From positions 62,001-126,000 of the forward strand of contig JADIIX010000002.1 in the NCBI GenBank assembly GCA_027604505.1: a DNA stretch of 64,000 nt. The letters run 5' to 3'. The DNA is from Gonapodya sp. JEL0774. Its lineage: Eukaryota. The notes under the pieces are model-generated. The model did no database searches and was not told the DNA's origin. It worked only from the letters and a program-made list of their open reading frames with translations. How positions within the stretch are numbered: the first letter of the stretch is position 1; the number at the start of each line of letters is the position of its first letter. Shown here one piece after another: positions 1-14,643 of the stretch. The translations under genes and the position numbers were made by a program.

Positions 1-1253
1 GAAAGGTAACGGAGAACAGCTCAAGCTACCCTCTGGATGAAGAAACGCCATCTGCCCCTGTGCGCCGAAAAGTGCCAAGGACAGTACTTGCGGAAGTGGA
101 AATGGAGAGGAGCCAACGCACTGCTCCGTTCCCGATGGAACCCATGAATTCGAAAACGAAAAACACATCGCGCCCTTTAGTTCGCAATGAAAGTAGTCAT
201 GCCGCAGAGCCGAGCGATCATATCAATGAACAGCACGGAGTTCGCGGAGTTAAGTCCTCGTCACCACCGAAAGAGCGCTCGGCTACTGATCTCACGTCGA
301 TGGTACCACTGCCATCGAAAACCAAGGTCCCTGCTCGACTCCGACCTCGGGCCCCTGCTGGCCCAGCCCCTGCAGCGAAGGATGCAGAAGCAGACTTGGA
401 CGAGGCTATCCACCGAGCCGAGAGAAGACGGGAACTGGATCGGGGGCGAAAGAGGGAGAAGCCCCAGGCGACGAAGGGAGGGGACTCACCGGCTTCCCTG
501 AAACCTTCACCTCCTCACATACGACCTGCTTCACCGCCTGTACCGGCTCTGGCAAATAGTGGCCGTCCACGATCACCACCACTACCTACTCTTGCGGCCT
601 CGTCGCCTATCCAGCCGGAATCGGAAGTAGAATCCCCTCCGTCAATGTCCCTCGCCGCATGCCCCCACTGCACTCGCACTTTTGACTCCTCCCGCCTCTC
701 CAAGCACATATCCGTATGTAGTCGCACCAAAAACAAGTCCGGTGCCCGAAGAGTGTTCGACTCTAAGGCGGCCAGGACAGTCGAAGGGGCGGAAGAGGCA
801 GCACGGGCGAAGGCCAAAGGAAGTGGGAAGCGCGAGCAAGAAGAATTAGAGGAGAAAATGAAGCGGAGGAAGGGCCGGTGGAGAGCCAAACATGGTGGGT
901 GGTAGTCAAGTGGTTGTTATTGATTGATATGACCCACTCGTCATAATCATTGCACAGAGCAATTCATCGCTGCCATACGAAACGCGAGACAAACATCTCC
1001 TCAGACTGGATCCTCGGCGTCTCTCGGATCTCCCGCAGCAGCACGAGGCAAATCACCTGAACGAGGTGTCGCCGACACGTTGGGTCCTTCCACTGCCGCT
1101 GCTACAGACCGTGCAGCACCAGCACCTTTAGATAGTCTCGATGACCGCGTACCGTGTCCACATTGCGAGCGTAAGTTTGATGAAGACCGGATATCGAAGC
1201 ATGTGGAAGTGTGTGTGAAGACGAAAAGTAGGACGATGAGAAAAGGCAGATGA
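1..1253 (+). CDS. C2HC zinc-finger protein, ZC2HC1/FAM164-like (5'-partial)
   Basis: Two zf-C2HC_2-type motifs, CPHCTRTFDSSRLSKHISVC and CPHCERKFDEDRISKHVEVC. The linker motif WRAKHEQFIAAIRNAR is restored by GT-AG intron 895-957. Stop TGA at 1251-1253. Confidence 0.8.
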
Positions 1254-1579
1254 GGGTGTTCGAGAATGTAAATAATGCAACAGTCAATGGGACAGAGTTT
1301 TCCGATTCCGGACTGTGTATTTCATTTGGACATCAGCTCCCATGCGCAGATGTATGCTATTGGTTGAGCCGTCAAAACTGCTGGAAACCACGTTCAGAAT
1401 TCAGTGTATGAGAGACTAGGGCGCGAGAAAATGTGTTTTGTATGTGATGTGCACGTTTTCATCCAAGTACATGAGCCAGAAGTACATAAACCGCATTCAT
1501 TCCAAATCCCCCCGCGTCTAATAGTGATTGAATAAGCCGCCCTGTATAATGATTCACACCTTAAATTAATCTTAACATC

Positions 1580-3229
1580 TCACAAGACTACCACCGCAGC
1601 CGCAATTATCAATCCCGCAATCGCCCCGGAGATCCCTGCGGACTTGCTCGCAGAATTTCCCTTACCGGCAGCTGTTGCAGTTGCAGAAGCGGTTGCAGAC
1701 GCCGCCGCAGCTTTTGTGGAAGTCACACCGGTCGCACCGGTAACAGCGGCGGAAGCCGGCCCACTGGCTGAAGCCGTACCGACAGGAGGGGAATCCCTAG
1801 TCGGTCCAGTAAAGGTCGTGTCAGCGTAGACGAAGGGGTATGGGGTCACCTGAGCGTTCGGAATAGATGTCGGCGAGCCGTAATCCTGCCACAGCGCAGC
1901 GTCGCTAGGCGACACCCATCGGCCCAGACCGGTGCAGTTTGAGGGGAGGATAATATCATAGCCAGCGTCTTGCGCCATTTTCAATACTTGAGGGAAAATG
2001 ACGTGCGTGGCGTTGATAATGTCGTGAGCGAGAGTAAAGTAGCCCAAAGTGTTGGCGCTTTGGAGTTTGCTTTGGTAGCCAGCGAGGTAGTCCGACAGGT
2101 TCCTGTTGCCAGCAGCGTCCGTCACGAAGTCTTTGGTGTCCAAGTTCCAGAGTAGAACTTTAAGACCAAGCTGGTGGTCATGCGTTAGTTTCAGTTAGTG
2201 CAGCGGGGGAAATCGATAATGAGATTTGGTCCACCTACAGTGTCTGCGACCGCCTTCACACGCAAGTCCAAATCTCCAAATGGCGGCCTAATAAAACGCG
2301 GAATAAACGACGGCCCCAAAATGTCCCTGAAGATCTGAATGTTTCCCATGATTTCTTCGGCAATTTGCTCGTTGCTCAGACTGGACATGTGCAAATGGTT
2401 GAGACTGTGAACACAGCTGAAGGAAGAACAAGATGGAACCGATGAGTTAGTTTTGGAGGTGGAGCTGATATCCCGAGGTGGAGACCCAAACATACATATC
2501 GTGACCTGCATCAATAACCTGGAACAACGAACAAGGAAGGAAAGTCACTGGTCCATCCGACAGAGTATCCGCTAGACTCGGTGTGAGAAATCTGCTCACC
2601 GCTTTCAATAGAGTAACACCGGCAGGGTGCGTGATAAGCATGCGGCCAACCATGCAAAAGGTTGCCTTCGCATTGGCGTTTTTTAAGGCGTTTAAAATGT
2701 CCAGTGTCCAATAGTTGGGGCCGTCATCGAACACAAAGCCGATGGTTTTCCCCATGCAATTCCAAACATATCTGTAGAGACGGCGAGAAAAGAGGGGTGA
2801 GAGGCCAGGTCGTGCAGTGAGTGGTACAGGTGTGAGAGGATCGCATGCGGTCCGAACACAGGATCGCACAACCTACTCCTTAGAAGCACATCCTGGGATC
2901 TGATTGGTATCACCACATCCGTCTCTGGTAGTTGTGATGGGCTGGTCTGGGACTGTGAAAGTGCGTCCTCGCCATTGGAAAGTGGTACTGGTGGCCACAT
3001 TAAGCTGCAGAGAAGTAGAGAAGACAGGGCCGCTCCAGTCCAGTGCAGGCTATACTGGGCAAAGTCTGCAAGGTTCTCCTGGACTCACGGGAACTTCGAT
3101 GGCGCTCTCATTGACGAGGCCGTTAGGCCCAGTGGGCCAGTTGGAGCTAGCAAAAGTATTTTGAGACGAGGCCTCTCGGGCTGCGAGTGCAAGAAGAGCG
3201 ACGCTTCCAAGAGCGCTGAGTAACCGCAT
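1580..3229 (-). CDS. Secreted, probably GPI-anchored chitin/polysaccharide deacetylase (CE4, NodB domain)
   Basis: Signal peptide MRLLSALGSVALLALAA; CE4 motifs FDDGP, HSLNH and RPPFG; Ser/Thr/Ala-rich stalk; hydrophobic C-terminus AGLIIAAAVVVL. Multi-exon. Confidence 0.9.
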
Positions 3230-3816
3230 CGCTGCAATAAAGGTATAAACAAGGAAAATGACTGACTCTGGTTGTCTGGAGAAGAGCCTTCCAAAATTGG
3301 CCCTGAGGACACCGCCACATGAAATTCTGACCGCAACAAAGGCTTGGCCCCCCGGAGATGGCCGTTTCAATACATTTTCATTTGAAATTTGGGCAAGTTC
3401 AGGATTCCATTGAGTGAATGTATTTTTAAGTTACAGAGGCGTTTCGCCTTCATAACGCCAACTGCTGCGTCCTGTTGGATTGAACTTGTAAGAGTCGCAC
3501 TTGAGATGATTGAAGCGTGCTTCTCATCTAAGAAGAGAAGATCTCCAGCTCTCCCATGTGCGGTTCTCGGTTCTCTGATGAATAATATCGTTACAGGTTG
3601 GTGATGTCACAGATTCTTGCTGGTTGCTCCGGAGCCCTTACATGTCTTATTATAATAATGTGGCATGTTCTGTGCCCTGGCTGCAGGATAAACTTGCAAC
3701 CGCTAGGCTCAACTTCATTCATAAGCAAGAGAGCATGATTGAACGCCTATAAGAGCGCATGCAACGTCGAGGACAATGCCAAGAGTCTCTGTTCATCATT
3801 CTCATCTAATCGTATT

Positions 3817-5473
3817 ATGAGCCCAACGGCTATCACCCGTTTCTTGACACCTCATACGTCACCCAGACAAGTGGGAAGGATTCTGAAATCTTACAAGTAC
3901 GTTTTCTGCTCAATGGGCAAACCGAGTGAAGTACGTGCTTGAATTTATTCGGTCCGTGCGCAAATGCTTCCTGGAACAGGCAAATCGAAGGTGCTGGATT
4001 TGAAGTTCTCCGTCCGTTCCCCTCGCGAAATGTCGAGCAGGTTGACCCATTCCTTCTTCTCGGTGAGTTTCGACGTACTTCTATTAACGGCAGAATGGAG
4101 CCGATCTTGTCCACTAGACCACGTCACGCCGCATCATGTGTCTCCTGGAGGGGGAGTAGGCGCTCCCGATCATCCTCATCGAGGGTTTGAAACCGTAACT
4201 TATATGCTGGAGGGAGAGATGAAGCATAAGGACTCACGGGGAAATCAGGGAACGATAGGACCAGGAGATGTTCAGGTGGGTGGAGCCTGGGAGTCGACTT
4301 TTGAAGGTTGTTTGAGCATTCGGGCAGGTCGTGATGCCTTGATTTCATACTTACTCGACGGTTCTTGACTACAGTGGATGACGGCAGGCTCGTGAGCATT
4401 TCCCCGTTAGTTTTTTACGACACCCCGACCCCCACCAAACTGTACAATCACACCAATCAGGGGTATCGTCCACTCCGAAATGCACTCTGACGCCTTTCAG
4501 GCAACTGGTGGCATGGTCCACGGCTTCCAGTGAGTAGCTCGCATTTGGTGTCGATGTCGCTGCGTTTTCTGATTTGCCCGAACAACTCTCATTGAAACCT
4601 CCAGACTATGGGTCAATCTACCGCGTGAACACAAAATGACGTCACCGAGTTATCAAGGCTTCCGCTCTGACCAACTCGCACACGTTAAATCTCCTGCTCA
4701 ACCTGACCTGGTCTCCGCTACCGTCATATCCGGCTCAGTGTGGGGTGCAAAAGGTCCCGTAACGACCCGGACGCCTGTTGTATACATACATTTTGTGTTA
4801 AAGCCTGGCGGTGTGGCTGAGTGGGAGGTGCCGAAAGGTGGTGAGTGGTTTCGAGGTGGCGGAAAACGTCAAATGTTCTCTGTGCTCGATCACTTCTGGC
4901 TTACCCAGCATTTTTCTCTCACCGGTAGACTTCAACATCATTGTCTATGTAGCTATTGGTCGCGGCCAGGTTGGTCCCCCTGATCAGGCGATTCGAGGAG
5001 TCCAAGGTGACGCGTTCCTCATGGAGAACGGTGAGCGGCGTCCCAGCGCTTGAGTTGCCCTGCACCTCACTTCCCTGCTTACTTACTTGAATACCTTTTT
5101 CTTGCTACCTGCTACCGCCTTGCAAACAAATCATCATCTCGCACTTCAACCTCCCACAACCTCAAATACCTTAGACACGACCGAAGCGGGCGGGCTCTCC
5201 ACAGTAACATTCTGGAACGAAGGAGATTCCACAGAGGATTTGCAGGTATTGTTGCTTGCTGGCACACAGTTGAGGGAGCCGGTTGCTAGGCATGGGTGAG
5301 TTATGTTGAGTTTGATTTACAAAACTGTGCACCACTCTACACCATCCATCTCATTTATTGACCGCGCTTCAAGACCTTTTGTAATGAATACAAGGGAAGA
5401 GTTGATTCAATGTTTCGTTGACTATCAAAGTGGCAAGATGGGATCAATTGATTTAAAAGAGTCACCAAAATAA
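3817..5473 (+). CDS. Pirin family (bicupin) protein
   Basis: Spliced exons give [42 protein letters not shown] and the C-terminal EPVARHGPFVMNT. Confidence 0.93.
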
Positions 5474-5716
5474 TTCTCTCAGTTTTTCTTATATGATTTT
5501 TACATGCGATAATGTTGTCTATATGGTATTTCAAAAGAGAGTGCTTTTTCCCATCAATGCAGTTCAATTCTAAGCGAAAACAAGTATATCCCGTATGTAC
5601 AAACGTTGTTGATAATTTTACCAGGAAGCGTGTCGCTTGAGCGTTTCCTGAGTGAAGAGGAGTGTTCACATTGCGGTGTAAGAGAGTTGAGCTGCAGAAA
5701 ACCATACAGCCAGAAC

Positions 5717-7100
5717 CTAGGCCAAACTCACGTAAGTTAAGAAAATAACACCACTCGTGGGCATGCTCCTCAAAACCGTGATCCCACAGCCTCTGTAGAA
5801 TCCCTTGACTCCCTCCGCCTTCCATATTGACCGAGCTTCTTGAACGAACCCTCTCCTCCCCGTCGCGCCACCAGACGTCAGCTCGTCAGTCTGCATGCGG
5901 GACTTAACGACGTCGGCCGGGAAAAAGGAAAAGTTGAACGCCGAGCCCGCCAGCGCGCCCGCCGCAACGACGTCGAGAGGTGCGAGGTCCTCTTTGGTAC
6001 TGACTCCACGCCATCGCATCAGGCCCCGTACGGCAAACTCATACGTGCCAAACCATGCCGCACCACCACCTGTTTCGCGGATGAAGGTTGGGAGGTGGCC
6101 CCGGTACATGCCGAGGAGGCCCTGGGTGCGAAGGATGGAGGAAACGATCTGGACAGGGCCATTGTATGTGGGGACACGAGCTGCAGAGGATGGCGAGGAA
6201 GAAGAATAAAGAGACCCAACGTCCTGGACCTGCAGCTTGCATTTGACTAGCTCAACAGGGGTGAGCACCATCGAGACAACAGCGCCAGACATGGCCCCCG
6301 CAGCGAAGAGTTGTGGGAGAGAAAGGTCGCGTTCTTTTGCACGCACATCGGCGTCTGGTGAGACTATCCCCCGGTTGTCGACACTGGTGGGTGCGGACTC
6401 GGTCCAAGAGCGGATGATAGCCTGGAACTTGTTGTAAAACATGAAGAGGATTGCATTTTCCATCATGGACCCAAACAGCGGTGCAGATATGCCCTGAAAG
6501 AGTTTTCAGAATCCGCATGTGAGACAGTGGAGCACAAGTCATAACCAAACGCCCTCCCCTGATTCTACCCAGCAATGATTTCCATTCTTCCCGTCCACGA
6601 TCCATGAACAAACGTACCTTGTAAAGCCCCAAAAACCCTTCTCGCTCCACCGTTTTTCGTAGACAATCCCAGGCTCCATCGAAAGCATGTGCTCCCCCCC
6701 CCACAGGTTGAGTTTGCAGGCGGACCTTGATCGTGTCGAATGGGTATTCAACATATTTTCCAGCGAAACCACCGATCTTCATCATTAGAGTCAGATAGGT
6801 AGTCATTGAGGGTGGCCGAGTACAGTTGCCCGGTGGCATTGATTGGAGTGCGAAGTTCCCCGGACAATGAAGTCACATACCCAGCGAGGTGAGCGTCATC
6901 CAAACATATAAATGAGCTCCAAAACTCACCGATCCGAAAAGCAAGTCCTGGATGACGGACTCCTTCCGCTCCACCCTTCCAAGTGGCTGCACGGGAGGTG
7001 ATCGCTGTCCTGGAGCGGCCGCTGGCTGGGGCTGGCCAGCATTCTGGCAAGGCAAAACCGTACAGTAGTGCAATTCAATTGAATGGTGAGTTGGACTCAT
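5717..7100 (-). CDS. Mitochondrial carrier, ornithine/basic amino acid transporter-like (ORT1/ARG11-like); last exon unresolved
   Basis: Three carrier signatures: PFDTIKVRLQ, PVELVKCKLQ and PADVVKSRMQ. Also RETGGGAAWFGTYE and GFYRGCGITVLR. Confidence 0.88.
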
Positions 7101-7645
7101 CCTTAGTGTAAACTAAACTCAATTGCGGACGAGCGTCCTCGAAGCTACGGAGAACCAGCTTCACTTGGAAGAGGAGAAGCCGCTTCCACTCGAAGTCTTG
7201 GTCCAGCGATATGCTCTACTTACTCTGATGGTCATGGGAGCGTGGAGCTCTAAGTCGTTGGAAGCGACAGCGAGGGCCATACGGAAAAACTTATGGAGTG
7301 GAGAAACCTGGTCGACAGAACTCGACTTCGACACTCACTTCGCAACTCAAAATCCGTGCCACCGCAGCTTACCTCCTTCTTGTTATATGAATTCCTTTTC
7401 TGTTGTTAGTATGCCACTGAAGATACTCTAGTTAAAATCGAAATAAATGTGGGGACAGTTTTGGGTTGTTCGACACTTTCCGTCCGTCTCGCTCAGGAAT
7501 GGGCCGATACAGATCTTTTCTTCTTGTGTGCAAAATGTAAAATACTCTCTTTCACCAGGGTTTCGGCCGCCTAATCCCTCTCACCCGCCCAATTGCTTGC
7601 CACGGTATTGATTGGGTGGAAAAAGCGATTCGGCACCATTGAACG

Positions 7646-9593
7646 ATGACGTCCAACGACCGTGAGACCTCTGACAGAAATCCTGGTTTTCGAATCGTCT
7701 GATGTGGTACTCACATTCTTGTCATAGCTGGCCATGTGAACAACCTCTCGGTGGTCCAGGAGCGCAAGCTACGGTTCGTACAACGACGATTCCATCGCTT
7801 TGTGATTTATGCTTTATAATGGCTGGCTTTTCGGTGTCTCAGGCAATTCTGGGCTTCTCTACTGTCTGAACTGAGTGAGCTCGATGGGGACCTTGCAAAG
7901 TATACGGACAACGCCCCACCAGACGATGATGACGGGGCCCTGGCGGTGACTAATCAGCGGTCGCCATCCTCTTCTTCTGCCATGTCTTCCGTGTCCAATG
8001 CCTCACGGAGTTTGATGAATGGGATCAAGTCGGGATGGGCGGGCTTGAGAAAATCCAACGCCAAAAAGGAAGAAGAATTCGAAGAAGAAAGTGAAGAAGA
8101 CGAACCTGTTCCTGTTGGTCCTCAGGCTGGCACGTTGGAGCCCGACGCAGTTGAAGAATCGGACGATGATGAAGACGAGTTCGTGGACGCCGAAGAGGGT
8201 CCCGCAATCACCGACGAGGATCGCGCAAAAACTAGCGAACTCACGGATGCTTCTACCTTTGACGTGAGCAAGGATAAATTGCTACAGGAACTTTACTTTT
8301 CGTGCGGCATGGACATGGCTGACGTGTTGATCCTGCGATTTATGAGGGCAAGGTCAGTCAGGAAGTTTTCCTTGCTTCCTTCAATTGATATGGGTGATAG
8401 TTAACCATCTTATCTTGAATAGAAAGTGGAACAACAAAAAGGCCCTCACGATGATCATTAACAGTCTCAAATGGCGTCAAAAGGTGGACGTGAGGGCAGT
8501 GATTGAAAAGGGCGAGGAATATGTCGGTCTATCTACCTTCAAGAAGGGCAAAGGTTACTTCTTGCCGACAAGAGACAAGGAGGGTGAGTTTTGCTGGAGA
8601 CTACTGCCCCAAGTGATCGGCGAGGCATCAAAATTTAACCCGCGACTGGCTTTCTCAGATCGACCCATCGTCGTCGTTCACGTTGCCAGGCATCACAAGA
8701 ACGATCCTCTCGATGAAACTCAACGGTTCACCAGTGAGTCCACTCATTCTTCATTGCTGTTGTATACCCCACCCAGTTTAACTCAATCGAGACCACAGTT
8801 TTTGAAATGGAAGTAGGCCGCCTCCTTCTCAAACCACCCGGCGAGCGTGCTACAATCGTCTTCGACATGACAGGTTTTGGTCTGAAGAACATGGATCATC
8901 CCTCCGTTATGATTCTCATCACATGCTTGGAAGCGTATTACCCAGAGAGTCTAGGTCTCCTCGTGCGTTCGATTCCCCAGATGTTAAAGTTTGCTGCTTC
9001 TACCAGTCTGCTTTCTTTTAGCTCATCGTGAACGCCCCATGGGTCTTTAATGGTGTCTGGAAGATCCTTCGCCCGATCATCGATCCTGTTGTTGCCAAAA
9101 AAATCCGATTCTGCAAGGTCGCGGATGTCGCGACCTACATTGAAAAGGACAACCTGCCGACCACATTGGGTGGCAAGTACGAGTACAAGTATATTGAGCC
9201 TGATGCGGCTGAGTTGGAACGATACAAGGTCCGGGTTGCGGATGTGGCTGGCAGGGCGGCGGCTGAAAAGGCATGGAGAGCTGCATGGGAGAAGCTGAGG
9301 TTGGCGACGAGGGAGTGGATTGTGAGTTTCGATGGCACCCCCTTTTGCGGCATTGTCCGTGCGGGCGCACACCATTGCGTGTTCCTCTCCAACAGATTGC
9401 AGGCGCAAATCTTGACGCGCTCCAGTCCACCGACACTGCGTCCGAAAAGTCGAACCGCGCGCTCGCGTTTCAAAGGGCCATCAAGATCCGCAACGAAGCG
9501 GGCGAGGTTGTTCGGGAACAGTTTAAAGTGTTGCTCCCCTACATCGCCAAGCCGGGATTGTACCATCGGAATGGAATGCTTACGATGTATTAA
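7646..9593 (+). CDS. CRAL-TRIO/Sec14-like lipid transfer protein (CSR1-like)
   Basis: GHVNNLS N-terminus, DVLILRFMRARKWN, IVFDMTGFGLKNMD, LEAYYPESLG and NAPWVFNGVWKILRPIIDPVVAKKIRF. Confidence 0.9.
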
Positions 9594-9929
9594 CATGAGA
9601 GTTGCAGATCTATTTGAGCCGAGCACTTTTAAAGCGGCAGCATTAGCAAGATGGATATATTATACCACATTGATTGATTTTCATTATAGTAGTGTCAGCA
9701 ACGGCTGGTCTCGCTCTCAATATCCACATGGACAGAACATGTACGCACACGATCAATGCATGAGATGGATATGCGATATGTGAGTTTTGCTGATTCCAGA
9801 GATCGCACGCAACTTTCCTCTCCCGCGTCACCGAATTCATATGGGCGGAAGATCTTTGCTTTCTTGGCAATAGGAGCTGCAGTCCACAAGTCTATTTATA
9901 TTTACAAGTATGTACTAATTCCACGCATG

Positions 9930-12900
9930 CTATTTTTGCGTGGTCCACATTTTTTGGAATGCCGAATTGAAATCTACCTTCGGCTTCTCCACTGCCGGCT
10001 GACTGGGCAACGGCGGAGGTTGGGTAGTAGACGGCGCAGCACGAGAATCGTCCGTCGCACTCGTTGTCGTCTTCCAGCCGGTCTGGAGCTTCGCAAATGT
10101 CCCAGCAAGAGTCGATGTGGCGGTCGCCGTGGTCGACAAGCTAGCGCTCCCAGATGACGGTGCAATCACCGACACTGAGGGAGATTCATCGGTTCGCATG
10201 CCCATGAGCCGCTTAAACCCGCCAAAGTCCGCACCACCTAGTGTAAATCCAGCTGTTCCCGCACCCGGTGCGGGGGACGATGTTCGTGCACCAACAACGG
10301 GTGTACCCAAAGGACCCGCTGGAAGGCTTTGCCCACCTGGCGTTGTACGCCGGAGGAACATATCAGTAAGTACCTGATGATCCACTCGCTTGATTCCCTT
10401 GAGTTCCAAGACACGTTGAAAGTTGGCAAGATTGCTGTCTTGGCTGGACAGGAGTAGATAATTTTCGAGAAAACCTTCCAGCGGTTCATTGGGAGTCATG
10501 ACAATTTTGAGTAGGGTCTCACACTTCGAGACGCCCTTGGCGACCAGTTTGATGTACGTAGAAGGTGGCGTAGTGGGAGCATCGGAGCCCATGTTAGGAA
10601 GTTGGTTGAGCGTGGATTTAATGGCATGGGTATCGAGCAACATCTCGAGTCGGAAAGGGTTCAATTAAGAGTCAAAAGCCATCTCAAAGCAAACCGAGCA
10701 AAATGCAACTCACTTGCTCTGCTCCGACTTCAGAGATCGGCTTACATCTGTAAATATTGTTAGCGTACTTGTTCAACAATGACCTGTCCCGAAAATTGAA
10801 ACGAATGCGTCACTCGCTTTCCATGGAGAGGTACATCTCACCATCGCGACTCACTCTGCAAACTTATCACAAAACGACCTAAAATATCTCCCATTCGCTA
10901 TGGCTTGCTTGATCTCTCCGACCCTCTCCTGAATTTCCTTTGCCATCTCCATCACATAGGGGTTTTGATCCCCGACCACGTCCAGCGAGGCCCACGGGAT
11001 CTTCACCATTGCAGAAAGACCTGGTTCGACGGCGTTCTCCATTCCGCGAACAAGGGCGCGAATAGCCGAGGCGGAGACACTAGAGAGCAAGAGAGATGGA
11101 GATCCGCAAAATGTTTAACAATCATTGAAGACGTGGCGTGTCTCACCTCAAAAACGTTTCACGCTCTGTGTTGAGATTAATTTGCTCTTGAAGTTCCGGA
11201 TCCACTTTATCTCTAAGCCTCTCCTCGAGTTGGGAAATCGTGGTGTAGCAATAGTCAGCCGTGTTGACCATTATGGACGACACCCGTACGTCATCGGACG
11301 AAAGAGGCTTCTTCTCATCTCTGGTACTCACGCACCCCGTTCAAAAACGGTAGTAACAAATTGAAAAGCATCACAAGCTTTGGTGAGTAATTCAACCACC
11401 ATTTGACAATCCCATACACACCAGCCGACAGAGGCCGCCAACTCACTTCTGCAATCGCCCCGCCAAAATGTCTGCATACTGCCCCAACCATTTCCCAAAC
11501 ATTTTGGCCAGATCTACCATCGTCTTCCCAGTCGACATCTTTGCACAATGGACAAGTGCGTTCCGATAGTACAAGAACAGCTCTGTCGAGCTTGTCAAGA
11601 CACCCATCGCCACATCGTCTTCAGACAATGGTTTGGTTCGGTACCCGTCGATCAGGGCAGACACATTGCCGTCCTCGGCCGAGATGTAGTGGATAAGGTA
11701 GGGTTCGAATGCGGAAGAGATACGGCGGCGAAACTGCGAGCCCGGTATCGGTTGGCCACCAGGTGCTCCAGGCGTGAGAACCGACGTCGCAGTTGCAGGT
11801 GAAACCGTTGCTGGTGTTGCCCCCATACCTTCTCCCTCCCCCTGGTCCCCGCATAACTCCCCCCCAGACTGCCCAGCACCCTCGTCGGTCCTCCCCCTCG
11901 ACCTCGCCCCGCCACCTTCTCCCGCCCTCCTCGCCAACCACCCTTCGAACTCAATCGTCTCCCTCAATACTCCCAGCATTGCCTTTACGTCCAACCTATC
12001 CCCCGTTTTTGCCAACACACCGATCAAGTCCGTCTTCGTATCATCACAGAAACGCTCGCACAGGGATTCAGACGCCCTCCAGCTCAAAGGGAAGGCTGCT
12101 ACATGCTCAGAATCATGCACACGAAGGAGTCGCTTGAGCCAGGCGTAGCGGCGAGAGGTGTTGTCCAGTGCGGCAATCTGAGAGTTCGCGGTTGAGTAAA
12201 GCGGGGAGAGGGGGAGAGCGATGTTCCGTATTAAAAATTGTGAGCACCCAAGCGGTGTGGGTTTGAATGAGTTTTTAGTGATTGATGATTACTGAACTGG
12301 TGCAGACGGGAGCAGACCTGACTCATCGCGTACCTCATCGTTTCCTCTAAACAACGCCCTATACTCTTTGAGCTGCGAATCACAATAAAGATCTAACATC
12401 TGTTTTCTGTCTCGTGCGTGCCAAATTACCGAGAATGACACAAGGTCATAAGAAACCCATGGAGTACAAATGATCAGCACTCAGCAGGACACACTTCAAC
12501 TGGGCTCATCTTCATGCTACTCACCTAATATCAGGTCCTTTCTCCATCGCGTCGACTAAATGGCATGCATCGCGAACTTGTTGCACGATGGGCCGCAATG
12601 CTCCAGGATGAGTAAATCTACCAAAGTTCATGAGAACATTCAAATCTCATAACTCATCAAAGCTACACAATGCACTCACCCTGCCTCAAATTCCGCCCTC
12701 ACGGACTCCCTCATTTGCTTTTGCAAATCTTCCACACGTTCCCTGAGTTTTGCGAACTCGGGGACTTTACTGTACGACTCAAAATGCTTCGAGAGGGATA
12801 GCACGGCGGATAAGAGCTGTGCGCAGGGTGCATACTGGCGTTTCCGAACAAGGTGTGATAGCTGGGAGACAGCGGTAGCTAGGGGAGCAAAGAGAAATAA

Positions 12901-14643
12901 CCACGAGGTACAGGATGGGATCGGAGAGGTGACCGTGAAGAGAAGTAATTGTGAAGGTGAGCGTTCGTGCTACAAGGGTGTTGGGTATACTCTGTCCTGA
13001 ACCGCGCCCAACATCCGTCCTATCTTCGCACTCCACGAGAAACGGACAAAATTCTCCCGTCTACAACGATCCCAGCCGAACAGGTAAATTGTTCCCACCA
13101 TTTGTCTCTCTGCCTCTCAGCAAATGTCAGTCAGTCCCTAACCTGAGACACCCACCCATCATCTGCCCCCTCCTCAACACTCCCACTGCATGTGCCAAAT
13201 TCCTCTTCGCCCTATCCAAATGCGCAATGTCACCCGCGATTTCTTTCACTAAAGTACGCGAGAGATTTGATTGGTACACGATATGGCTGAGGCGGGTGTG
13301 TAGGGACTATGTGCGAGAGAGCGCAGAATTACCACACCGAATGAGAAGGCGGGCGACAAGCGTGGTGGTCTGTCCGTGTTGATCTCTCGTCCTAGTCAAG
13401 TATCAACCAGCCACTCCGACCCCCACTCGTGCCCTCGAGCACAATATCATGTCCTATTTCGTTGTGTTCTCCCTGCTTTGATCCCTCCACAATGCTCTTA
13501 CACTCCACCCTATCTCCATCATCATCCAGCTCCACAGAACCCCCTCGTCTCTCTCCAAGGGGAAAAAACATGACCTTCGCCGCGCTCACCCACCTGTATG
13601 CCCGCCCTCACCCCCTCCAACCCAGCCTTTGCTTCTTCTCCAGCATCCGTCTGCGCGCGCACAAGCTCTCTGCTGGCTGCGTCCACCGAGTGAAGTTGGC
13701 GTTTGAGGCGCGACATGGCGGTAGGGAGGGACTGGAGGGAGGGGGCTGAGAAAATTGGAGGATAGAACCATATCGAGTGAATCGTGGTTTGACCTCTCGA
13801 TTGCTGCACAGTACGAGGGCAGTAGCATCCAGCACGAAGCTCGATGCGAGGTTTCTCACAGGATGGAAATCGCACAAAAGCATAAGCCTGTCCTCCAGGC
13901 CGAATACCCGAAGGAGCAAGTTGCGTGCTCGAGGGCAGGAACAGTCACTGCCGGACCAGAAAATCAAGCGAGCCGCGAACAGGAGTGAAAGGCAAGGTGG
14001 GAGACTACGGGCCTTTCTGATATGGACGGACTGTTTCTAGTCCTCGAGTTCTCTCCGTGGTGCATACAACCAGGAACCCCCGAATGCCGGAATGGCACAC
14101 CACCGAATGACCTTTGTACACTGAACAAAGCACCCAGTAACCACCATTGAAGCACGCCCGTTTCAGAAGACATCTTTGAGCCCATGGCCGCCCGCGTGAG
14201 CTCTGCTTCCAGCCCATAGTTCTGCCACATTTCCGTGCTAAAACACACACGATGTGGTTCGTGAGTCTCCCAGAGCAATTTTCATTGGAATCTGTGGAAT
14301 CTCGTTTCCTGGACCTTCCTGTCTCCTGTCTCCACCTCCCATCCCACAGCGCCGACCAAAGAATCCCACTCAATTCCCCATCGCCATGCTCACCATCGGG
14401 AAACAGGAGGTTAACATATTCCACAACATTAAACGAAGATGAATCCAAAGGGTCGTTGGTGTCCAAGATTGCTGAAAGAGCAGCGTCTAGTTCCCTTGGG
14501 GCCTCCTGTCCTTGACTCATTTCCATTCCCGGTCCTGGTCCGTGACCCGTTCCAAGTGCCGGAGCAGGTTGCAGTGGTGAAACAGGGTCCCCTACTGCTG
14601 CAGCCCCGTCCGCGTCCCCATTAGGCTGAGACGGAAGCGGCAT
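9930..14643 (-). CDS. VPS53: GARP complex subunit Vps53
   Basis: N-terminal DPLDSSSFNVVEYVNLLFPD, LDRAKRNL, ISSAFEPYL, NTADYCYTT, VGDQNPYV and MLLDTHAIKSTL. Many exons. Confidence 0.93.
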
